From assembly GCA_016204255.1 (NCBI GenBank), contig JACQLA010000005.1, positions 132,339-196,338 of the forward strand: DNA of 64,000 nucleotides, written 5' to 3'. Positions within the stretch are counted from its first letter, which is position 1. Each line of letters opens with the position of its first letter. Under the pieces are notes generated by a model. The model had not been told where the DNA came from. It did not search any database and was given only the letters and a program-made list of their open reading frames with translations. This document shows positions 54,465 through 61,803 of the stretch, piece after piece. The position numbers and the translations under genes were made by a program. This DNA comes from Candidatus Microgenomates bacterium (GTDB taxonomy: Bacteria; Patescibacteriota; Microgenomatia; JACQLA01).

Positions 54465-55187
54465 TTAGCTAGTAATTAAATGTTTTCGGTATTCATCCCA
54501 ATTGCCATCAAAGAAAACATTTACAACATCTTTTTCTTGCTGATCGTCTTCAATTTCAACCTTTTCTCTGACGTTTTCATCAATCCATCTCATGTCTTCC
54601 GTGGATAAGTTTTGAAAATTATTTTCGTGTCGAATTTTAAGATAATCAGCTTCACTTCTTACTGATTGACTAATAAGAACTACTTTCTTAGAATCATTAA
54701 AAGGAACCCTATACTTACCCTTAGAAGAACCTAGAGCTTTAGATGTGTCTTTTAAGGCTAAAACAGTATTATTTAAAGGGTTTATTTCCGTCTTTTCAGG
54801 GGAAAAACAGATATTTTGAAGGATAAAATCCAAGGTTGGGGTATTTTTTTCGCTCTTAGCAAATTCATTCGCTTTGCCACCAAATGCAGTTACATATCTT
54901 TTAGGTGATTTAATTCTAAATATTTCCCGTTTTTTGTTAACTAGCTCAATAAATCCTTTATTTAACAGTCCGTTGTGCCAATCCTTGATAGTTTCTTCTT
55001 CTTTATTGAAGTATTGTTTTGTTTCTTCGGTAAATGCTACAAATAATCCAAAATTCTCATGACTGAGATCAAAGTCCATTGAGTCAAGATAAAACTCAAA
55101 CAATAGAAATTCTTGAGGTGCTAAAACACCATTTTTAAGAAGTAACCACCTGTTTCTATGACTTGCTCTGTGTCCGCTTATCTTCAT
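54465..55187 (-). CDS. hypothetical protein (240 aa)
   Basis: ORF track; no motif recognised. Confidence 0.45.
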   Translation of the reverse strand: MKISGHRASHRNRWLLLKNGVLAPQEFLLFEFYLDSMDFDLSHENFGLFVAFTEETKQYFNKEEETIKDWHNGLLNKGFIELVNKKREIFRIKSPKRYVTAFGGKANEFAKSEKNTPTLDFILQNICFSPEKTEINPLNNTVLALKDTSKALGSSKGKYRVPFNDSKKVVLISQSVRSEADYLKIRHENNFQNLSTEDMRWIDENVREKVEIEDDQQEKDVVNVFFDGNWDEYRKHLITS

Positions 55188-55254
55188 AACCCAATTTTAT
55201 CTGTCTTTGGGTTTGAATCTGCGGTCAGTTGTGAGGGGTAAATAAGTGCGACAA

Positions 55255-56253
55255 TTAGCGGTCAATGAGTTTGTGAAGATTGCTCCAATTATCAAGTTTG
55301 TCAGGAACAGCATTTTTTATTCTTTTATTCATTCTGTTTACTATTTTCCGAATACTTTCCAACTCTAGGTATTTGATTCTCTTAGCTTCTTTTCTATCTA
55401 TACTTTTTTCTGCTTTATCTTTTACCGCTTCCTCTTTTTTTACATTGGAATAAATTTTATCACCACGTTGCCTGCTGGTTTTATGGTTGATATAGGAGCG
55501 ATAGATAAAATAATCTCTTTTAATGTCATCTGTTTTAGATTCGTTATCCCTAGTAGAACTTTTTATCTCTGTTAACCCTATTGTTATGTTTTTTCGGTTT
55601 CTTTCAATTAATTCTTCAAGGTCTTTGAATGTAGTACCAGGGTAAAGTGTTATTGATAGTGTTACTCTTTTTCCTGATTTCATACGGATATTTATACTTT
55701 GTTCATCGAATACTGCATTCCAGTTTTCTAATGTTTTTAAAATACGTTCTGGGTATAATAAAATTAAGAGCTGTCTTAATATAATGATCCAACTAGCCAT
55801 ATTTCTTGTATCCCTCAATTTTAGGAAGGACATCATAATATGGATAGGAGTATTTACCAGCTCTTGACATACTGATTGACGAGAAATATGGGAAATTTTT
55901 CTTTTTGCATTTGAACGAGCTAACTTTTTTAGTATTGACTCTTCTGTTTTTTTAATCATAATTGCTATCTTGGGGTCTATTATTTTTCCTGATCTATATT
56001 CTGTTACGACCTCGTGTATTTTTTGTTGCCACTCTTGAAACTCTGGCTCACTTTTAAATCCATCTATAGGTATGTATATGCTTAAACGACTACCCCTTAG
56101 TAAATATTGGAAGTCTTTATTTAGAAGAATGTATATAACATAGTTAAGTATGTTTTTTGAGTGATTATTGAGTTCATATTCGCTTGCCTTCTCAAGCAGG
56201 GTGTTTATGTATTCATCAATACGAGGGGTAATAACATTGTCTAAATAACCCAT
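55255..56253 (-). CDS. hypothetical protein (332 aa), basic C-terminal tail
   Basis: ORF track; no motif recognised. Confidence 0.45.
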   Translation of the reverse strand: MGYLDNVITPRIDEYINTLLEKASEYELNNHSKNILNYVIYILLNKDFQYLLRGSRLSIYIPIDGFKSEPEFQEWQQKIHEVVTEYRSGKIIDPKIAIMIKKTEESILKKLARSNAKRKISHISRQSVCQELVNTPIHIMMSFLKLRDTRNMASWIIILRQLLILLYPERILKTLENWNAVFDEQSINIRMKSGKRVTLSITLYPGTTFKDLEELIERNRKNITIGLTEIKSSTRDNESKTDDIKRDYFIYRSYINHKTSRQRGDKIYSNVKKEEAVKDKAEKSIDRKEAKRIKYLELESIRKIVNRMNKRIKNAVPDKLDNWSNLHKLIDR

Positions 56254-56345
56254 GTTTTATAATTTTCTTAATTTTCACCCTCTATTCTACTAAGAAATGA
56301 GCTAAAGTTACCAGTTTTACCAGAAAGAGCGAGGGGAAAGATGAG

Positions 56346-57032
56346 TTAGTTGCTGATTTTCCATAAATCACTGCAATTATAGATACCGCAATCAATCGTA
56401 AGGCTTTGAGTGGAAACTGTTGTCCCTATGCCTATTGTTCCTGTTCCTTGTATTAACACTCCATTATTGCTCGGATTACTGAAATTTAATAATCCCCATG
56501 TTGGAAATGGCCTATCGGGAACAGTAATAGTTTGTTTTTTGTGTTTTTCTGTTCCTTGCCAGAAAACATAAACATCTGTTTCAAAAGTAGTTCCGCTCGG
56601 CGGAATATTACTTGTTCTAAATGTAATTCCATGGCAATTACCAGCACCGTAGATGTCTCCGGTACTTAAATGAGCGGTTGCTCTTGCAGTTGCATCTGAA
56701 TCAATTACTGCATTATTCCACGAGCAGTTGTTCGGTGGGGTGGTGGGTATAGTGAGGGGACTATCACCAGTAGTTCGCAGAATGAATCTGTCTTCATAAA
56801 ACTCAGTACCCCATTGATTAGGTAAATCAAACTCAACTTTCTTTTCCAATTCAGCAATTCTTATTTCGTGGTTATCTATTTTCTGAATTAGAGAGTTTAT
56901 AGAATCTTGAATTGGCTTTATTGCATTAGTGAACCAAGGGGGAAGAAGAGAGTTTTCTTTTGCATATATTGGGGAAGCTACAATTATAAGCAACACCAAA
57001 ATAACAAATGACAGACTAATTATCTTCTTCAT
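56346..57032 (-). CDS. secreted hypothetical protein (228 aa)
   Basis: Signal peptide MKKIISLSFVILVLLIIVASPIYA, short coiled coil, beta-rich C-terminus with 4 Cys. Confidence 0.5.
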   Translation of the reverse strand: MKKIISLSFVILVLLIIVASPIYAKENSLLPPWFTNAIKPIQDSINSLIQKIDNHEIRIAELEKKVEFDLPNQWGTEFYEDRFILRTTGDSPLTIPTTPPNNCSWNNAVIDSDATARATAHLSTGDIYGAGNCHGITFRTSNIPPSGTTFETDVYVFWQGTEKHKKQTITVPDRPFPTWGLLNFSNPSNNGVLIQGTGTIGIGTTVSTQSLTIDCGIYNCSDLWKISN

Positions 57033-57150
57033 AATTTTCTCTATAAATATATCTTAGTATTTCTAAGAGTTAATATCAACCCATTTTCAAGGCGAGTTGC
57101 TTAGAAATATTTAGTTGAGTATAGGCTTCTGGCATATCACAATTTTATAT

Positions 57151-57372
57151 ATGCCGAAAACAACAGATGAGACACTAAAAAGCCTGGGTAAGAAAGTACA
57201 AAAGCTAAGGAAGGAACAGAACTTAACCCAAGAGGAATTAGCCCATCAATTAAGTATCTCAAGGGTTTATATGGGGTATATTGAACAAGGGCGAGAGAGT
57301 CCCTCGTTAAAGCTCCTGATGAAAATATCACGAAAGTTTAATGTAAAAGTTGAAGACTTGTTTCACAGATAA
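57151..57372 (+). CDS. XRE-family helix-turn-helix transcriptional regulator (73 aa)
   Basis: LRKEQNLTQEELAHQLSISRVYMGYIEQGRESPSLKLLMKISRKFNV is an HTH_3 signature; start moved to the ATG at 57151. Confidence 0.75.
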   Translation: MPKTTDETLKSLGKKVQKLRKEQNLTQEELAHQLSISRVYMGYIEQGRESPSLKLLMKISRKFNVKVEDLFHR

Positions 57373-57406
57373 ATTTTATTTACCAATCTTGAATATTTAG
57401 TAGATA

Positions 57407-58435
57407 TGTAGCGAAATAACTGTCAGCATTTCCCCTTACCCCATCTGTTAGGTTGGAACTCTGGTAAAGTTATATATACATGCAATAGTTTGGATAGGTA
57501 AGTCCAGATTTTGCTGATTTGTAATCCTGCCTCTGAACTTCTGGTTTAAAATCCCAAAGTGTTTTAGGTAAGAGAGTGAATGTTCTACTCTTACCCTAAT
57601 GGAGGAAATAGTCCTGTTGGCAGCTTTTTCCTCTTGTGAAAGTTCTCCTCCAGGTGGTTTCTTTTTAGGAATAACCATTTTAAGATGGGAGTTGTTCCCA
57701 TCAGCTCCCTGGTAGGCCGAATCACCCATACCCACTGAATCCGGTGGAGCTCTTAAGAAAGCAGGATCATAATCAAAGATCTTTTTGTCATGAATGGTTC
57801 CGGGCAGAGTCGGAGAGACAGACAGAATCCTGTTAGTTTGGGGTGAAACCAGAATTTGATTTTTAATACAATGTGCTTTCTTTTTACCTGAGTAATGTTC
57901 CTGTTGAATACGATTATCTTTTGGCCTTTGAATTAATCTCTCTGTACAGTCAATAATGAACTCAGCAAGTTCCGGATATTCCTCCAGCCATAAATCCCAC
58001 CTTGAGATTCTTTTTCTAACCTTAAGTGTTAACTCATACCCTAATGTAGAAAACAGCACTGAAGCCAGGAATTTAACCCACAGCTGAATGTTCCTTTTAT
58101 CCAGTCCATAGATGACCTGGGCAAACCTGAAAGTGGGATAGGTTTTGTAGTAAAAGAGGATGAAGAAGAGCTTTTGATAGTCATCTGCTAACTTGGCTTT
58201 TCTTCCTCCGCCAATCTCCCGGAGTCTTTTCCTTGAATATGCTTTTTTAATTTCAGCTTGTCTTAAAACCCCGGTAAATTTAGGCAACAGTTTCTGAAAC
58301 TGACTGAAGGTAATGCCAATTACATATTGAAAAAGTTCTCTGTGTTTGAGAAGATATTCCTGGTTTAACATTTAAGGCAGGTCTAACTGGAAAAATTAAG
58401 CCTGCCTTAATATTAACAGGTATTATTTCGCTACA
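57407..58435 (-). mobile_element. insertion sequence with perfect 13-bp terminal inverted repeats (TGTAGCGAAATAA) and a DDE_Tnp_4-type transposase
   Basis: 57407-57419 tgtagcgaaataa equals the reverse complement of 58423-58435 ttatttcgctaca, bracketing the single transposase ORF. Confidence 0.75.
57448..58371 (-). CDS. DDE transposase (DDE_Tnp_4 / Harbinger-PIF-like, IS5-related)
   Basis: IIDCTERLIQRP, GMGDSAYQG and IRVRVEHSLSYLK give a D-D-E triad context; N-terminal HTH region. Confidence 0.75.
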   Translation of the reverse strand: MLNQEYLLKHRELFQYVIGITFSQFQKLLPKFTGVLRQAEIKKAYSRKRLREIGGGRKAKLADDYQKLFFILFYYKTYPTFRFAQVIYGLDKRNIQLWVKFLASVLFSTLGYELTLKVRKRISRWDLWLEEYPELAEFIIDCTERLIQRPKDNRIQQEHYSGKKKAHCIKNQILVSPQTNRILSVSPTLPGTIHDKKIFDYDPAFLRAPPDSVGMGDSAYQGADGNNSHLKMVIPKKKPPGGELSQEEKAANRTISSIRVRVEHSLSYLKHFGILNQKFRGRITNQQNLDLPIQTIACIYNFTRVPT

Positions 58436-58442
58436 AGTTTAG

Positions 58443-59333
58443 TTATTCGTTAGCTTGGAGACGTTTAGTTATTAATTCGTAGAATTCTTTTTCTTTCTCA
58501 ATAGCAATATATCTTCTTTTATATTTTTGAGTTACTAAAGGTAGAGTACCGCTTCCTGCGAATGGGTCAATAATTATATCTTTTTCTTTTGTTGCTCCAA
58601 TGACAATCCTTTTAATTATTTCTATTGGTTTTTGAGTAGGATGTTTACCTTGTTTTCTCTCAGCTGTAGGAGTACCTAGAACATCCCACATATTGCGCAT
58701 CTGCAGATTTATTGATTTTAAATTGTTATTACCACAGAATGGGCAATATTTATAATTTGAGTCTAGAGTCTTTTTACATTTATCACATTTTTTTATTTGA
58801 TTAAGTTTTTTTATTGCAGCATAGTTAAATGTCCAATTTTTGGCTTCTTTTTGTGAATTGTTTACTGCCCAGATAATAAATTCAGTGCTATCACATAACA
58901 TTCTATGGGTGATATTAGGAAAGGCATTTCTTTTATACCAAGTTATGAAGTTAAGTATTTTTTTACCCTCCTTTTCTAAAATTGAAGCGATTTTAAAGAT
59001 GTTATGATGACTACCGAAAATTATAATATTGCCATTTGGTTTAATAATTCTAAATATTTCTTTCAACCACACTTGAGTAAAATCCTCATACGTTTTGTTT
59101 GAAAAACTATCCCATTTCTCATCTACTTTATTAAAATTTTTTTCACCTGTCCAATAACCGTTAGACTTTAACCATCCAATTTTTTTCTTTCCGTCATATC
59201 CTGAAATATTATAAGGTGGGTCTGTTATGCAATGGTCAACAGAATGAGCTTCAATTTTAGGTAGAACTAACAAAGAATCATTCAGTATGAGGTTGTTTTC
59301 TAGCCCTGAGTTATAATCTGTGTTTATTTTCAT
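58443..59333 (-). CDS. beta-class N6/N4 DNA methyltransferase (DPPY type) with inserted zinc ribbon
   Basis: Motif IV CITDPPYN near the N-terminus, motif I IIDPFAGSGT near the C-terminus, insert CDKCKK..CPFCG. Confidence 0.8.
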   Translation of the reverse strand: MKINTDYNSGLENNLILNDSLLVLPKIEAHSVDHCITDPPYNISGYDGKKKIGWLKSNGYWTGEKNFNKVDEKWDSFSNKTYEDFTQVWLKEIFRIIKPNGNIIIFGSHHNIFKIASILEKEGKKILNFITWYKRNAFPNITHRMLCDSTEFIIWAVNNSQKEAKNWTFNYAAIKKLNQIKKCDKCKKTLDSNYKYCPFCGNNNLKSINLQMRNMWDVLGTPTAERKQGKHPTQKPIEIIKRIVIGATKEKDIIIDPFAGSGTLPLVTQKYKRRYIAIEKEKEFYELITKRLQANE

Positions 59334-59411
59334 AATAATTCTCTTTATAAGTCATCACTATGCTAGAATATCTACATACAAATTTTATCAGATTCTTGGT
59401 TGGATTGAACT

Positions 59412-60383
59412 ATGGAAGATGAATTGAAAACTCTTATTAACAGATTAGTAAATATCCAAGATGAAATATTGAGCAAGTACGGGTTAGTGGATATTTACTC
59501 TAGTAGCAAAATATTCGAGATTATTATTTCAGATTGCTTAAATCATATTTTGTTACCCAGTCATGCAGGCTCAAGAGATGGAAAGGATGATTCAGGAGAA
59601 TATGAATATAAACACTATAAAGAATCAAGCTCCAATCATAGTTGGACGTTCAATGATTTTAGCGATACTACTATTGAAAAATTAAATCATTGTTATGTTG
59701 TTATTTTTGCCCACATTGAAGACCAGAAAGAATTGCCAGAGTTTGATTGGTTTTATCAAGTTCCGGGTAAAGTAATTAGTGGTTATTTGAAACAAGCGAC
59801 TATAAAAATTAAAAATACAAGAAAAATGATTAACGTCAGCCCTTCGCAAATAGAGAGTGTTATGGGAATAAATAAAACTTTTACCAAAAACCTTCCTTGT
59901 AAGCATTTTTACACCTCTTATTTAAAAGAAATATTTTCGGTAACAAGAAGAATTGAAAAAATCGTAGGCACAAAAGATATTTTAACAAGCAACAAGCTCT
60001 GGGAAATATTAGTTTCCTTACAGACAGGACATAAAGTACTTTCTGAACAAAAAGCTCATGATGCTGTTGATGAAAAAGGAGAATTCTATGAATATAAAGT
60101 AGCACGAAATTATTCATGGAATTTTGAAGATATTTCCCCTAAGGTCTTATCGAAATTTTTACAAGAAAAAGCTGTTGTTTTGGCAATAATAGATAAGGCA
60201 AGGATGAAAATATTAAAAATCTTTTTTGCTGACCCAATTAAAGTGGTAAAAAGATTAGAAGAAAAACTTGAAGAAAAAAGAATTCGCTTCAGTAAAGAAG
60301 GCAAGGTTGTAAGAAGATTGCAGGTTTCATTAAGCGCTGGAGACCTTGCGAAAGTAGAAGCCAGTCAAGTATTTCCTCGATAA
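59412..60383 (+). CDS. putative restriction endonuclease built from two tandem homologous PD-(D/E)xK-like halves
   Basis: Sandwiched between the two MTases. Internal repeat: FEII..RDGKDDSGEYEYKHY..HSWTFNDFS versus WEIL..HDAVDEKGEFYEYKVA..YSWNFEDIS (E...D...ExK pattern in each half). Confidence 0.45.
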   Translation: MEDELKTLINRLVNIQDEILSKYGLVDIYSSSKIFEIIISDCLNHILLPSHAGSRDGKDDSGEYEYKHYKESSSNHSWTFNDFSDTTIEKLNHCYVVIFAHIEDQKELPEFDWFYQVPGKVISGYLKQATIKIKNTRKMINVSPSQIESVMGINKTFTKNLPCKHFYTSYLKEIFSVTRRIEKIVGTKDILTSNKLWEILVSLQTGHKVLSEQKAHDAVDEKGEFYEYKVARNYSWNFEDISPKVLSKFLQEKAVVLAIIDKARMKILKIFFADPIKVVKRLEEKLEEKRIRFSKEGKVVRRLQVSLSAGDLAKVEASQVFPR

Positions 60384-60387
60384 TTGA

Positions 60388-61092
60388 CTAAAATAGAGTG
60401 GTTGGGGTTGTTCCTACTCGTTCTATTGCTTTTTTACAGTATTCCTTGTCAATTTCAAATCCAATATAATTCCTTTTTAAGATTTTACATGCTGCAGCGG
60501 TAGTTCCGCTTCCCATAAATGGGTCAACTACTAAGTCATCTTTGTTTGTGGTTAACTCTATTAGTTTTTCAATTAATTCGAGCGGTTTTTGTGTAGGGTG
60601 TATTCTGTTTTTTCCCTTAGGAGCCTGAAATTTTAGAATATTGTGTTGATAGTTACTATTCCAAGTTGATCCTGGCTTTTTACCTATAATTGCCACTTCC
60701 CATGCATTTAAAAATCTTGACTTAGCATTTAATGGTAAAGGGTCAGGTTTTTGCCAAGCCAAAGCATCAACCGCTATGAATCCATCTTTTTCCAAAGCAT
60801 TCCAATAGATTCCTAAGTCCTTTTTAGCACAAAACGAAATAAACCACCCTTTTACTTTTGGTATACTTATTCCTATCCATTCCTCATTAAACTTATCCCA
60901 CTCTCCAAATTCGAAGTCTAATTTAGCAGTTGTTCCCAGTCGTTTACCCTTACAATTTAATTTTTTACTGATTCCATATGGAGGGTCAGCAATTAAAAGG
61001 TCAATTGAATTGTCGGGGAGTTCTTTTAGACCTTCCAAACAATCAATACATTGAATTGTGTTTAACCAGCTCTGGATAATATTATTTGTCAT
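60388..61092 (-). CDS. beta-class N6/N4 DNA methyltransferase (DPPY type), second copy
   Basis: LIADPPYG (motif IV) and VVDPFMGSGT (motif I). Confidence 0.8.
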   Translation of the reverse strand: MTNNIIQSWLNTIQCIDCLEGLKELPDNSIDLLIADPPYGISKKLNCKGKRLGTTAKLDFEFGEWDKFNEEWIGISIPKVKGWFISFCAKKDLGIYWNALEKDGFIAVDALAWQKPDPLPLNAKSRFLNAWEVAIIGKKPGSTWNSNYQHNILKFQAPKGKNRIHPTQKPLELIEKLIELTTNKDDLVVDPFMGSGTTAAACKILKRNYIGFEIDKEYCKKAIERVGTTPTTLF

Positions 61093-61096
61093 TGTT

Positions 61097-61708
61097 TTAA
61101 ATCGAACTATTTCTAATCAATCCTTTAAATATACCTCTAATTTCTAACGAATGGGGATAAATATTTTCTAACCGTTTATTTCTTGGCTCTAAGAATATTG
61201 TACCGTTTTTGCTTCTAAATATTTTAAGTGTTGCACCACCTTCAGTAACTGCAACTACAGTATCTCCGTTATCGGCAGTTTGTTGACTTTTAATTACTAC
61301 AATATCTCCATTCCAAATACCATCTTCAATCATACTATCACCCTTAACTTTTAAAGCATAGAAATCACCTTGTCTTGAGACTAAATTCTTGGGTACTTTT
61401 ATCGGTTCTGGATTCTCAATAGGCTCTATTGGTGTTCCAGCAGCTATAATTCCCAAAAGAGGAATTTCTACTGAATCGGGTGTTTGCTCAAACAGAGATA
61501 CTCCTCGTGGTTGATTTTCCTCTTTTTTCAGATAACCTTTGGTTTCCAGGGCTTTAACGTGTTGATGTACTGTTGAGATAGCAAGCTCAAATTTCTTACC
61601 TATCTCCTCCAAAGAGGGGGCATACCCCTTATCAGTAGAAAAAGATGTAATGAAATCAAGTATGTGCTTCTGCTTAGGGGTCAATGTCCTCTTGAGTTTT
61701 CCATTCAT
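61097..61708 (-). CDS. lexA: LexA-type repressor (LexA DNA-binding domain plus S24 peptidase)
   Basis: LTPKQKHILDFI..GYAPSLEEIG...VHQHVKALETKGYL; Ala-Gly cleavage context IIAAGTPIEP; catalytic GDSM and ..TLKIF Lys context. Confidence 0.8.
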   Translation of the reverse strand: MNGKLKRTLTPKQKHILDFITSFSTDKGYAPSLEEIGKKFELAISTVHQHVKALETKGYLKKEENQPRGVSLFEQTPDSVEIPLLGIIAAGTPIEPIENPEPIKVPKNLVSRQGDFYALKVKGDSMIEDGIWNGDIVVIKSQQTADNGDTVVAVTEGGATLKIFRSKNGTIFLEPRNKRLENIYPHSLEIRGIFKGLIRNSSI

Positions 61709-61733
61709 ATAGTATATATTAATAATACCGAAA

Positions 61734-61752
61734 CTGTTACGAAAGTCAACAG
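61734..61752. promoter_or_regulatory. inverted repeat CTGTT-N9-AACAG in the lexA / large-ORF divergent promoter region (candidate operator)
   Basis: Overlaps a minus-strand TTGACT (61744-61749) with 16-nt spacer and TATTAT promoter for lexA. It lies 6 nt upstream of a plus-strand TTGACT (61759-61764) with 18-nt spacer and TTTAAT promoter. Confidence 0.3.
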
Positions 61753-61803
61753 GGAAAATTGACTTTTATAACAACGGGAGAATTTAATTTTATATTAATA
61801 ATT

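Noticed and set aside
57151-57372. XRE protein as the controller (C) protein of the neighbouring R-M system
   Set aside because: It converges on the first MTase, is separated from it by an IS, and is not upstream of the nuclease gene. The link is possible before the IS insertion but cannot be supported from this sequence alone.
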